A stretch of DNA of 64,000 nt from Dictyostelium discoideum (lineage: Eukaryota): assembly GCA_000004695.1 (NCBI GenBank), contig CM000154.2, forward strand, positions 928,001 to 992,000, in the 5' to 3' direction. The position numbers were made by a program, and so were the translations under genes. The notes beneath the pieces were generated by a model. The model had not been told where the DNA came from. It saw only the letters and a program-made list of their open reading frames with translations, and ran no database searches. Shown here piece after piece: positions 24,766 to 36,584 of the stretch (position 1 is its first letter; each line of letters begins with the position of its first letter).

Positions 24766-24932
24766 ATTTTAAAAACTCTTTTACCTTTTATAAATTCATT
24801 CCCTTAATTTTGTTTAAAATTTTTTTTTTTTTTCAATCATTTTTATTAATTTTTCATATTTAATATAAACAATTAATTATAATTTTAATTTAAAAAATTA
24901 ATGAAAAATTCATTTATTATTATTATAAGGAT

Positions 24933-24970
<38 letters not shown>

Positions 24971-25190
24971 AATTTCTTTGATTTGTTTTGTTTGAAAAAA
25001 AAAAAAAAAATGATCATGGTTTTTTTGAAACGTTTTTTTTTTTCTGAAAAAATTTCAAAAAATAAAAAAAATAAAAATAAAATAAAATAAAAAAAAAAAA
25101 CAAAAGAAAAAAAAAAAAAAAATAAAAAATCTATTTAAATAATATTAAAATTTTAATTTTTAATTTTTTTTTTTTTTAAAATGTTTGGAA

Positions 25191-28100
25191 ATGTTAAAAC
25201 ATATTAAAAATTTTTTAACTAGAAAAGAAGAAAGAAAAGAAAAAGAAGTAGAGAAATTAAAAGATGGAGTATCAATAACTGAGGTTAAACAATCGAACCT
25301 AGTAGTTTATTCATGCAATGGTTGTGGATCAGAGATATGGCCACCAAAACAAGAGAGATATGCATGTAATGAATGCTCAAATTTCGATTTATGTAGTGAG
25401 TGTTATAGAAAAGAAATGATATTAATAAATGGTACACAAGAAGAGAAAGATAAATTAGTTAGTGGGGAGAGTAATAATGGAATAAAGTACGAGCCAGTGA
25501 GACATTATGATCCATCACCATTACCTCATCAATTAACATTAGAGAATGAGACTCAATTTCAATTAGTTTATAGTTTACGTGGTAATTCAACATTTGAAAC
25601 AATGGAGAAATCATTTAAATACTTTAAAAACAGACCATGTCTTGGTATTAGAGAGAGATTAGGAGAGGATAATGTTTTATCAGAAAGATATAAATGGTTA
25701 ACATATGGTGAAGTGTATGAGAAATCTTTAACCTTGGCAAAGGCATTAACTAATTTCATCGAAAGAAGAGATTTCATTTCAATCTATATGGATAATTGCT
25801 TAGAATGGTATTTCACAGATTTTGCATCATTATGGGCCGGATTAATAGTGGTACCATTACATCATGCTTCAAATAGTTTTAATCTTTTAGAGATTCTTTG
25901 GAATTCCGAATCAAAATGTATAGTTTGTTCTGGTGAATCATTTAAAAATTTAATAGAACTTTATGATCAATTGACTGAGCAAGATAAATTAGAGAAACCA
26001 ATAGTGTTGAAATTGATAGTTCATAAGGAGGATCTATTCGATCAGTCATTAGTCGATAGATTGCCAAGTGGCGTAGAATTTAAAACTTTCAATGAGATGA
26101 TTAAAATTGGGGAATCATTAAGTCAGGCTAAATATGAATTTGTCCCAGTTGGTCCAAATGATCTTTCCTCGGTGACTTATACAAGTGGTAGTACTGGTGT
26201 ACCAAAAGGTGTAATGAAGTTAGATTCAATTTTCAATTTACTAATTGTCAATTCCTATGTTCAATTCCCAAATGCAGTTTATAGTTATAATACCCTATCA
26301 CATAGTCAACGTTTAAGTGATTGGAGATATATTTATATGGGTGGTAGAGTAGCTATCTATTCAGGTGATATGAATCTATTATTTGAAGATTTAGCCTTGG
26401 TTAGACCTCATTCATTTTGGGCTGTACCAAGATTTTGGAATTTATTATTCACCCAGTTCAAGAGTGATCTAAAGCAATACATGTTTGAAAATCCACAATT
26501 GGATGAAAGAACTGCCACACTCTATTGCTATAAAGGTATTAGAAAGTTATTAGGTGATAGAATTAATAATCTAGTGACTGGTGGTGCTCCGACTGCAAAT
26601 GAAGTACTCAAATTTATGAGTGATTGTTGGAAAGATATAAACATTTCAAATTCTTATGGTTTAACTGAAGTATCAGGTGTTTGTATAGATGGTTATATCT
26701 CTGACGAAGTAGAATTCAAAATTGAACCAGTACCTTCTTTTGGATATTACCCAACTGATTTACCACATCCTCGTGGTGAATTGGTTGTAAAATCATCAAC
26801 AATGTCTGCAGGTTATTATAAAAATACTCAATTAACTTCAGAATCATTTGAAGGTGGTTGGTTTAAAACTGGTGATGTCGTAGAATTAATTGGAGTTAGA
26901 AAAGTTAAAATCATTGATAGAATTAAACATGCCTTCAAATTGGCAAATGGAGAATTCGTTACACCAGAACCATTGGAAAATAATTTCGTTTCACTTTGTA
27001 TTAATCAAATTTTTATTTATGGTAATTCACTTAAAACATTTTTAGTTGCAATTGTTAAACCATCACAAGATTGTTTAAAACAATTAGGACTTCAAGATAT
27101 ACCAATCGATCAATTAATTGAAAATCCAACTTTAAAATCAAAACTTTTATCAGAGATTAATAAAATTTCAAAAGAAAAAAAACTAGCAAATTATGAAATT
27201 CCAAAAATTATTACAATAGATTTCACTGAATGGACAATTGATAATAAATTAATCACTGGTTCTGGTAAATTTAATAGAGGTGAATTATATAAATTTTATA
27301 AAATTAAAATTAATAATATGTTTGATATAATTGATAAAATTCAACAAGGTTTAAGAAATAATAATAATAATAATAATAATGATAATATTAATAATAATGA
27401 TAATAATAATAATAATGAATCAAATAAAGATAATTTTGAAAATTATATAAAATCAATTTTAAATTTAGACGGTAGAATTGAAGATAATAATTTTAATTTA
27501 GAGAATTTATCATTTATTCAAATTGGTGGTGATTCGTTAGGTGCTGTTAAATTATCATCACTTTTAAAAGAAAAAGAAAATATTGATATTTCACCTTCAA
27601 CAATTTTAAATCAAAATTTTAATTTATCTTCATTATCGAAATTAATAAATGAAAAAGAATCAAATCAATCAATTGTTGAAGATTTTAAAGAAAATTTTAA
27701 AATCAATTGGAATGAAGAGATGATTTTAGATGAAGATATTAAAAAATCAATTGACCAAATTAAAAATGCACAACCATCATCAACTCCCTCTTCATCAAAA
27801 TCAACACCATCACAATCATCATCATCACCACCACCATCATTAAATTCAAATAATATTGGTCAAAATGCTTTTCATATGAAATCAATATTTATTACAGGTG
27901 TTACAGGTTATTTAGGTACATTTTTATTATTTAATTTATTAGAGGATAAATCAATTGGTATTGAGAGAATTTATTGTTTAGTTAGAAATGTAAAGAATGA
28001 AGAAGAAGGTTTTAAATTAATTGAAAGAATATTTGAAAAATCTTGTATCAATGGTATGAATGAAAAGATTAGAGAAAAGGTAATTCCAGTTTGTGGTGAC

Positions 28101-29006
28101 TTATCAAAACCATTTTTCGGTGTTTCTACTGAAACCTTCAAAATGTTATCTTTAGCGGTCGATATGGTAATTCACAATGGTGCCATTGTTAATATGGCCT
28201 ATCCATATGCGAATATGAAATCAACAAATGTTACATCAACTCGTGATATCCTAAGATTATGCACTACCGGAAGAGCCTCTTTTAAAAAGTTGGTCTACGT
28301 TTCAACAGTTGGTGTATTCTTTGGAAATGGTGATGAAAAGATAGATGAATCAACAGCACCATCAACTTTCTTTTTAGATCATGGTAATGGTTATAACCAA
28401 ACAAAACTAATATCAGATATACTTGTTAGAGAAGCGGCTTCATATGGTTTACCAACAATGATTTTCAGACCAGGTACAATCTTTAGTCATACCCAATCTG
28501 GTTTCAACAATCAAAATGATTCAATCGGTTTAATAATTAAAGGTATCCTAGGTTCGAGTTCCTATCCAACTAAAAAAGATTACTCTAGTGGCGATTTAAA
28601 TCTTTCACCAGTTGATTGGGTATCATCTTCAATGGTTTCTTTAATTAAGCATCTTCCATTTTGGTGTAATAATACAAAAATTTATCATATGGTAAATGAT
28701 AATCGTTTATCTTTAGATTTGCTATGTCAATATATAAATAAAGAAAAACAATTAGAAGAAATTAATTATTTCGATTGGATCGATGCTCAACTTAATTCTT
28801 CAAATAATCCATTGTATTCTATTAAACATTTATTTAAAAAGAATGATCGTTTCCCAATTGGTTCTCAGTCAATTAAAAATCCAAAAACTATTAAAGATTT
28901 AGAATCAATTGGTGAACTTCAATGTCAACCAATATCTGATTCCACAGTAATCAATTATGTAAAATATTTAATCTCAAATAATTTAATTCAAACAATTAAT
29001 AAATAA
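25191..29006 (+). CDS. ZZ-type zinc finger + adenylation (AMP-binding) + phosphopantetheine-binding (thiolation) + thioester-reductase (NAD-binding) enzyme, i.e. a carboxylic-acid-reductase / single-module NRPS-like A-T-R protein (about 1271 aa)
   Basis: ZZ finger: YSCNGCGSEIWPPKQERYACNECSNFDLCSECY. A-domain motifs: TYTSGSTGVPKGVM, GGWFKTGDVVEL, IDRIKHAFKLANGEFVTPEPLE. Carrier domain: IQIGGDSLGAVKLSS. R domain: FITGVTGYLGTFLLFNLL (GxTGxLG), YNQTK (YxxxK). The track ORF starts at an alternative TTG at 25185; the first ATG is 25191. Confidence 0.8.
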   Translation: MLKHIKNFLTRKEERKEKEVEKLKDGVSITEVKQSNLVVYSCNGCGSEIWPPKQERYACNECSNFDLCSECYRKEMILINGTQEEKDKLVSGESNNGIKYEPVRHYDPSPLPHQLTLENETQFQLVYSLRGNSTFETMEKSFKYFKNRPCLGIRERLGEDNVLSERYKWLTYGEVYEKSLTLAKALTNFIERRDFISIYMDNCLEWYFTDFASLWAGLIVVPLHHASNSFNLLEILWNSESKCIVCSGESFKNLIELYDQLTEQDKLEKPIVLKLIVHKEDLFDQSLVDRLPSGVEFKTFNEMIKIGESLSQAKYEFVPVGPNDLSSVTYTSGSTGVPKGVMKLDSIFNLLIVNSYVQFPNAVYSYNTLSHSQRLSDWRYIYMGGRVAIYSGDMNLLFEDLALVRPHSFWAVPRFWNLLFTQFKSDLKQYMFENPQLDERTATLYCYKGIRKLLGDRINNLVTGGAPTANEVLKFMSDCWKDINISNSYGLTEVSGVCIDGYISDEVEFKIEPVPSFGYYPTDLPHPRGELVVKSSTMSAGYYKNTQLTSESFEGGWFKTGDVVELIGVRKVKIIDRIKHAFKLANGEFVTPEPLENNFVSLCINQIFIYGNSLKTFLVAIVKPSQDCLKQLGLQDIPIDQLIENPTLKSKLLSEINKISKEKKLANYEIPKIITIDFTEWTIDNKLITGSGKFNRGELYKFYKIKINNMFDIIDKIQQGLRNNNNNNNNDNINNNDNNNNNESNKDNFENYIKSILNLDGRIEDNNFNLENLSFIQIGGDSLGAVKLSSLLKEKENIDISPSTILNQNFNLSSLSKLINEKESNQSIVEDFKENFKINWNEEMILDEDIKKSIDQIKNAQPSSTPSSSKSTPSQSSSSPPPSLNSNNIGQNAFHMKSIFITGVTGYLGTFLLFNLLEDKSIGIERIYCLVRNVKNEEEGFKLIERIFEKSCINGMNEKIREKVIPVCGDLSKPFFGVSTETFKMLSLAVDMVIHNGAIVNMAYPYANMKSTNVTSTRDILRLCTTGRASFKKLVYVSTVGVFFGNGDEKIDESTAPSTFFLDHGNGYNQTKLISDILVREAASYGLPTMIFRPGTIFSHTQSGFNNQNDSIGLIIKGILGSSSYPTKKDYSSGDLNLSPVDWVSSSMVSLIKHLPFWCNNTKIYHMVNDNRLSLDLLCQYINKEKQLEEINYFDWIDAQLNSSNNPLYSIKHLFKKNDRFPIGSQSIKNPKTIKDLESIGELQCQPISDSTVINYVKYLISNNLIQTINK

Positions 29007-29062
29007 AAATAATAATAAATAAAAAAAAAAAAGTTTAAAAAATATTTATTTATTTTCTTTAT

Positions 29063-31227
29063 TTATTTGTTTTCTGCCAATTTTTTTAATTTTTTATCGA
29101 ATGATTTAGTAAATCTAGATTCACGATGTTTTTTAATAATGAAATAGGTTATTGAAAAAATAATAACAGCAGCAAATCCTACTGATCCAATAATGATACC
29201 AATTAGTTGTGTTGTGGTTAACTTTGATTTACTTTTACAAATTGAATATTCTTCATCATTTGAAACTGATTTTGAATCAATTAAAACTGAAAAATCAGGA
29301 TCTACAATTATAGATTGTTTATAATTTGGAATGGTAATACCTATGAATGATTGTGATGTTGATGGTGTTTTTATTGTTTCCATTGAAGAATCTAATAAGA
29401 CATTATCAATGGATCTAACATAATTATCAATAATAGCACGTTTAATAAATCTTCCATAAAGTGAATGATCATCAATTTGAATTTTGAAATAGTTTGAATT
29501 GTCATCCTTTGAACTATCACCAAATTTTGTTAATGAGCAAATATCATTATTATTATCAGTTTCGAATGATGCAGACATAACTAATTGTAGTTGATTTAAA
29601 CTATTTGAAAATTTATATTCCGAAATTTCAATTGTATATTTCACACTAGATGCATCAATAGTCATTTGAGAATTTGCAAAGGAAATGTTTGTTGAATCTT
29701 TAAACCATTCAATATTTACTGTTATTGTTGTTGTAATATTTTCATTTAAAATCATTGCTTCATATTTACTTTTAGAATTTGTTATTGTGGTAAAAATCCA
29801 TTTTTCAAATGTGAATGATTTGATTGGTTTTGATTGAAAATCTAATTCTCTTAAAGATACAATTGATATTAATGATTTAAAAATGTAATAATTTGTTGTT
29901 TGGTTATTGTTGTTTGTATTGTTATTGTTTCCAGGTATAATTGGAATTTCAACAGTTGGTGTTGATGTATTTGTTGATGGTTGTGGAATGATAATAACTT
30001 GAGAACCACAATCAATACCAACCCATGGTTGATAACAAATACAGCCTGATTGTGAACAATAACCTTGATTCTTACCACCACATTCAGGTTCACCTATACA
30101 TTTTTGTGGCTTATTTGTTGGGATTGGAGATAAAGTTGGAAAAATTGTTGGTGGTGGATATTTAAAAACTTTTGGAGTTACCACAAAATGATTTGATTCC
30201 TTATTATTAATAACTATCGGACTGCTATCGACAATTTTAATTATAAATGGTTTATCTGTTGGTTTTATATCTTCAATTAACATGGTAACTCCATATACTT
30301 TAGTTGGTTGAGAAATTTGTGAAAAATCTGTATCTGAATAGTATTTAATATGAACAAGTTGATTTGGACCAAATTTTGTACCCATTATCCATAGCTTATT
30401 TCCAGTCGAGGTAATTTTAGTAGTACCCTCAATAAATAATCTTTCTACTATCGGTAAATCGGGTATTGAATAAATGAAAGAACTATTCTTTAAACATTCA
30501 GTTGAATAACCACTAAAATAACCACCGTTATTAATAAAACCATAAACACTAAAAATTATATCTTGTTTATATCCAAAAGCATATGGAATGTCAATATCAC
30601 AAGTAAAAGTTGCAGTTGAATTGTTTTTGTATAATAATTTTGATTTCCCTTCAATCACTCTTAAATAACCAGTTGAAATATAAACAGTTGGAAATTGTTC
30701 ATCTTTTAAACCAGTATCTTCATCGAAAACTTGAAAATTAAAAGAAATAATTTGGGAACCATCACTATTAACAGTTCTATTGGCTTCAAATGATAAAAGA
30801 ACTGGAGGTGATTCATCTATTCCATCATTAACACCAATACATTGTTTATATATTCTATTGATTTCAGAGTCATTCAAATAATTGATGAATGGATTTGTTA
30901 ATAAATTGACTGCTTTCCAAGTTGAAAATTGATTTAAATTCAAAGATCTATCCCATAATTCAACATCTGTAATTAAATAGTATTGTGATGCACATACACT
31001 TGATAATGTAATATTAATTTCGTATTCACCCAAATAAATATCACCTTTAATTATATGGTTTTCATTTAAATTAAAAGTATAAATTGAACCATCCATTTCA
31101 CCTCTTACAACAATTTTTCCTTTTAAAAATCCATTAATAGGGTCACTAATTACAAACCTAAAACCAATATAATTACCATTATTAATTTTAATAACATTTT
31201 CAAATATTGGACCATATGCATCAAAAT
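29063..31227 (-). CDS. Type I transmembrane glycoprotein with IPT/TIG-like and EGF-like modules (Tgr-family-like?), exon 6 of 6. This exon holds the EGF-like Cys cluster, the TM helix and a short basic cytoplasmic tail.
   Basis: EGF-like cluster: KCIGEPECGGKNQGYCSQSGCICYQPWVGIDCGS. IPT-like segment: PIVERLFIEGTTKITSTGNKLWIMGTKFG. TM helix: LIGIIIGSVGFAAVIIFSITYFII. Tail: KKHRESRF. Acceptor aaaag at 31228-31229; phase-1 entry. Confidence 0.6.
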
Positions 31228-31318
31228 CTTTTGAAAATTATTTTTTAAAATAGATATATATTGATGGGTTAGAAAAAAAATATTAATATTAATATAATTA
31301 TTAATTAATTATACATAC

Positions 31319-31978
31319 AAGTTGATTTTATTCTTAATTGATAAGAATCAGGTAATACTTCACTAATTAATGGTACACCATTGCCAATCATTAAAATCCA
31401 TGGAAAGTTACCTAATTGAGTGTTTGCCGGTACTGTAAATTGAATTTGAAACTTTGAAATGGTTGAATTCCAAGTACCAAAAGTAATGTTGTTAATTTGA
31501 TATAATATTGATACATAATCACTTAAAATGAATATAATTGGAGTATTTGTATCGATTCCATCATAATTAAAAAATAAAATATTATCTACTGATTTATTTG
31601 TGACATCAATATCATTCAGTAAAAAGGAAACATTATGTATAAAGTAAGAATTTAATTTTTGATGGGATGGATTAATTGTAGTTATTGGGTTTAATGAAAT
31701 AAAATCTCCAACGTTATATTTTCTAGACCTTCCTAATGTATCATAAACATCTAAACCAACAAATTCATTGGTTATATAGTCAAATACAAATTCATATAGT
31801 CCAACATCATTTTCCATTCTAACCAATGATTCAAATCCAATTACTTTGTAACCTAAATCATTGTGTACATATAAATAAAAAAAATCTTTCATTTTAATTC
31901 TTATTAAAAAGTTACAATCTAACAAATGAACCATTTCAAAAAATAAAATTTCTGGTTTCTCTCCTGTTGAGTTTATAT
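31319..31978 (-). CDS. Same gene, exon 5 of 6
   Basis: Acceptor (T)16cttttaaacctag, then AT+ATAAACTCA... in frame with ORF 31305..31934. Donor GTATGT at 31318. Both ends are phase 1. Confidence 0.55.
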
Positions 31979-32061
31979 CTAGGTTTAAAAGAAAAAAAAA
32001 AAAAAAACTAATTAGTTTTAACTTAATTTTTTAAAAAATATTTAAAAAAACAAACACTTAC

Positions 32062-32361
32062 ATTGATTTGGTAGAATATTAAAATTATCATTTTGAAAAC
32101 TATAATTATTACCTGTAGTTGAAGATTTGAGTTGTTGCAAAAATGAAACTTTGGTTTGGAAATTAAAGTTTGTTCCATGTTTAAAACCAAATGGAAAATA
32201 AAATATTTTTTGTATTTGTTCTGTGATGCATCTAATCATTGTATAATCATATTTACGTGTTGAATTTCCAAACAATGTGAAAATGAAAGTATTTACTAAA
32301 TTTGTTTCATTCGGTGGTGTATATATAATATTAAATTTCCCACTAATATACAATGGTAACT
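32062..32361 (-). CDS. Same gene, exon 4 of 6
   Basis: Acceptor tatatag, then AG+TTACCATTG... (ORF 32042..32371). Donor GTAAGT at 32061. Both ends are phase 1. Confidence 0.55.
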
Positions 32362-32480
32362 CTATATACAAACAAAAAATATAATAGAAAAAATATAATA
32401 ATCGGGTATCATTTAAGAACTATTAATAAATTGGAAAAAATAAATAATGATTTGTTATTTTTTAAAAAAAAAAATCCTAC

Positions 32481-32783
32481 CTGTCATATTATAAGTTATA
32501 TTAAAAATTGGTAAAAATTTATCATCATATTGACAAAAAACTGTAACATGTGAAGGATAAAATTCTGAAAGCTTTCCTAAATAAGTTAAATCTCCATTTT
32601 TACTTTGGTATATTGGAACTGGACGATCCACTGAACTCGATTGGCCAATACTATATATAAATGGATTTTTATTGGTTGCATTTGATGTAAACTTATAAAG
32701 AGGAAAAGTGTTTACTCCATACTGAATAAAATTGTCAATTTTCGAAGGATACGTTATAATTTGGGTATTTTTATTATTGGAAT
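32481..32783 (-). CDS. Same gene, exon 3 of 6. It is not in the ORF track because it lacks any start codon.
   Basis: Manual translation of the minus strand gives DSNNKNTQIITYPSKIDNFIQYGVNTFPLYKFTSNATNKNPFIYSIGQSSSVDRPVPIYQSKNGDLTYLGKLSEFYPSHVTVFCQYDDKFLPIFNITYNMT. Acceptor aaaaaaag at 32784-32785, donor GTAGGA at 32480. Both ends are phase 1. Confidence 0.5.
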
Positions 32784-32903
32784 CTTTTTTTAAAAAATAA
32801 AAAATAAATTAATTATTGTGCTAATTTTTAAAAACAAAAATAAAAATGAAAATAAAAAATAAAAAAAATTAAAATTAAAATAAAATTAGCTGGTAATACT
32901 CAC

Positions 32904-33188
32904 TTTTATAATCAACCTGAGGAAAAGTGATATTTATATAATTTTCATCCCAAAACAAAATATTTAAAGAATTATACTCATTAAAATTTATTGTTGAATA
33001 AATTGCAAAGAAACTCATTCCTTCTCCAAATGTACTAGTGTATGAATTATTATTAGATGGTGTATATATACTTTGAATTGGAGATTTTACATTAAAAAAA
33101 AATACTGCTCCCATATTAAAAATTGAATTTGAAGTTGAGTTATTATTATAAGTAAACACGGTATAATTTAATGTTTTGGGATCAATCA
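32904..33188 (-). CDS. Same gene, exon 2 of 6
   Basis: ORF 32875..33189 (N-glycosylation-sequon-rich: NYT, NNST, NIT). Acceptor ataaag then TG+ATTGAT; donor GTGAGT at 32903. Both ends are phase 1. Confidence 0.55.
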
Positions 33189-33286
33189 CTTTATATTTTT
33201 TAATTTTGATTAAAAATAGTAAAATATTAATATATTTATATTAGTTTTTTAATTTTATTTTATTTATTTATTAATTTTTTACAAAC

Positions 33287-33683
33287 ATTGACAAGAATAA
33301 TTTATAGTTATACTATTATTTATTGAAGAATCATTTGAAAAACTTGTAAAAATGGTTGGTGAATAATTTCCAGCAAAAACATGGTAAACTTTTACTCCAA
33401 TTACTTGTGCTGTTGAATTAGAAAATAGTGGTGTAAAATTTATACTTGGTTCAAAATCAATTGTATAAACATTGAAATCTTGTCCACTATTTGAATTATC
33501 TACCAATAATAAAAAAAATACAAAATCACATTGTGTTTCATATGTGTCTGAGGGATATCTTGTATATGTGTCAACTTTTTTTTTTGAAATATCATATATA
33601 TCAATTATTGAATTTTCTGATTTTATTTTACAAAAACAAAAAACAAATAAAATTAATAGAAAAATAATAATATTTTGTTTCAT
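33287..33683 (-). CDS. Same gene, exon 1 of 6, with the signal peptide (MKQNIIIFLLILFVFCFCKIKSENS...)
   Basis: ATG at 33683 followed by a hydrophobic signal peptide. Donor GTTTGT at 33286 after ...NYSCQ(C); phase 1. Confidence 0.6.
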
Positions 33684-34124
33684 TGTGAAATATAATTTTT
33701 TATTATTCTTTGAAATAAAATGAATAAAATTTTAAATAATTTACTAAATCAAAAAAAAAAAATCAAAAAAAAAATTAGTCATTTTAACATTTTTTTTTAA
33801 AAAAAAGTATTCTGAAGATATTTTTTTTAATAGAATATTCCCAAGGTGGCATGTAAATTAAAAAAAAAAAAAATGGGCCATATTATCATAAAAAATATCA
33901 CAAATCAACAAAAAGAATCAAAGATTGATATTTTTTTTTGATTTTTTGAGCAATAAAAAAAATTAAAAAAAAAAATATAGTATAAAAAAAAATAAAAATC
34001 TTTTAAAAATAGATATTTGTGATCAAGCAAAAAAATAAAAAATATCTGGAAAATAATTCTAAAAAAAAAAAAAATAAATAAAATAAAAATAAAATTTATT
34101 AAAGAATAAATAATTTAATTAATT

Positions 34125-34966
34125 TTATTGTTGTTGTTGTTGTTTTTTTTTTATATTTTGATTAATATTTTGAGTTTCACCATCCTTTAAACCAATTTTA
34201 ATCATTTCTGCAGAATATTGGAAACCTAAAATATAACCAGGAAGTTTTTGACCGGGAGTATAGATGTTTAAAGTTGCATTTGGAAAAGCCATATAAACAT
34301 TTTCAATATCCTTTAAATGAAAGTTTTTTGTGATTATTGAACTTTCACGCATTAAAACTTCAATGGTATGCATTGAAGAAACATTTTCCATTGGTTCTAG
34401 TGGACCCATTAAAATTACATCGACTATAACATCGGTTGCACCAGTGTCATAACATAAACGAACGGTATCTGTAATTGGTGTCATATAACTAACACCACCA
34501 TCACAATAGTTATAACCATTCTTTGTAATCATTGGAAAAACCGCTGGTACAGAAGAGGAAGCTACAACACCTAAACATATATCTGGGTCTGTTTTGTTGA
34601 ATCGATTGAAATCACCTGTATCAATATTTGTTGCACCAATGAGAAATCCTCTGTCTGATTGTAATAGACTTGTAACATTTACTAATGTTGTCATTAAATT
34701 TAATAATGGTGTTGTATCGAATAATCCGGATTTAAATAATAATCCTTCGATTGGACCATCTTTCCAATTAACATAAACATCATCTCTTGTAATACTTAAC
34801 CATTGTTTCTCTAAAAAATCACGTCCACTTGTTTCGTCACCTACTGAAAACATTGACATACCAATTGCATTAATACTACCAGCTGATATACCTGTTGCGA
34901 ATTGCCATTTATAATCTTCAGGTTCTCTTACATTTAATATACCCATAACAACACCTGCTTCCCATG
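34125..34966 (-). CDS. Patatin-like phospholipase (about 319 aa in total), exon 2 of 2
   Basis: GISAGSINA (GxSxG nucleophile elbow) and CDGGVSYMTPI (catalytic DGG Asp) are present. Acceptor tatatag at 34967-34969; phase 1. Confidence 0.8.
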
Positions 34967-35184
34967 CTATATATAAAATTTTTTTTTTTTTTTTTTGTTT
35001 GTCAATTTTATTTTATACTATTTTATTTTTATTTTAATTTGAATTTAATTTAATTTAATTTTATTTTATTTTGTTTATCTGATTTTATTTTATTTATCTT
35101 ATTTTATTTTATTTTATTTTATTTTATTTTTATTTCATTTTATTTTTATTTTATTTTATATTTTTTTTAATTTAAAAAAATTAC

Positions 35185-35302
35185 CTCCTCTATCTCCTGC
35201 TCCTGAAAAAGTAATTGCTCTGCATGTTGTTGATTGGGAAAGAACATTATCAATAAATAATAAAAAACATGAAAGTAATATTATTTGTGCATTTTTTATC
35301 AT
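35185..35302 (-). CDS. Patatin-like phospholipase, exon 1 of 2: signal peptide plus the oxyanion-hole Gly-rich motif
   Basis: MIKNAQIILLSCFLLFIDNVLSQSTTCRAITFSGAGDRG, then donor GTAATT. Spliced, this gives FSGAGDRGAWEAGVVMGIL (patatin GGGxRG...G motif). Confidence 0.7.
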
Positions 35303-35823
35303 TTTTATTTTTACCACTGTGGTTTAAAATTATAATAATAAAAAAAAAAAAAAAAAAAAAAATTAAAGTACAATTGCAATTAAGACGTTCCAAAAAATGA
35401 AAAAAAAATGATTTTTTTTTTTTTTTTTTGATCCCAAAGATATTTATTTGAATGTTAACAAAAAAAAAAAAATAACTGATCATGAAACGAATTAATATTA
35501 TTTGAAAAACTTTTTTTACCATTTAAAAAAAAAAAATAAAATAAAAAAAAGATAAGCAAAATAAAATCAGATAAATTAAAAAAAAAAAAAAAGGTGAATT
35601 AAGTGTATCTTAAAATTCTATTACTCTATTACAATCTTTATTTGTTTACTTTGAAATAAAAATTTGAATTTTTTTTTTTTTTTTTTTTTTCCAAATTTGA
35701 AATTTAATAATTAATTTATTTAAAAACTTTATTTACATTCTTTATTTTTAAAAAGTAATTATTTTTATTATTTTATTATTATTTAAAATTTTAGATAATA
35801 ATCTTTTCTTTTTTTTTTTTTTA

Positions 35824-36551
35824 TTAATTTAATAATTTTAATAATTTATCAACTTGTACACCAATTGAGTTATCTTTTTTTGAAGCTTCAGTAATTAAAA
35901 ATTTAATTTTATCAAAATTTGAATTAATAATTTTAAATTTACCACCTGTGACTACAATATCTTCTAAAAGATCTAAACAAGATTTTTTTACAGCTTGATA
36001 TTTTGTATAATTTAAAGTTTCAGCAATTGTTGAGAATAATTTGATAATATTAGTTTCATCAAGGTAAAAGTTAGAACTTTCAGAGCAATCATCTAATGAC
36101 CAAATTGATTTAACGAAACAAGATAAAGCATAAAGTATTGATTGTTGTTCACTCCATAAACTTGAAACTAAATTATTTAATAACGAATCAGCAATTGATA
36201 GATTCTTTAATTTTGTTTCTTTAGTTGATGCTTTGAAAGAGTCGCCAATTACATTATAGATTTGAGTTCTAATTAAAGCTTTCATTGGTCTTAATTTTAA
36301 TTCATCTTTGTCAATCTCTTCTTTAGGGTCAACATTCATTGACTCTTCAGTTGATTGATTAAAAACAAATGGATAAAACTCTTCAATAACTTTATCATAA
36401 ATATCAATAGTATTAAATGATTTTAATATTATTGATAAATTTGTAATTGCTTTTCTTTTATATTCTAAATCATTCTTTTTACATTCATTAAACATAATAT
36501 TTACAATTTCTGATGGTGTTGGAATATTATTACCATTATTACTACTACTAC

Positions 36552-36584
<33 letters not shown>

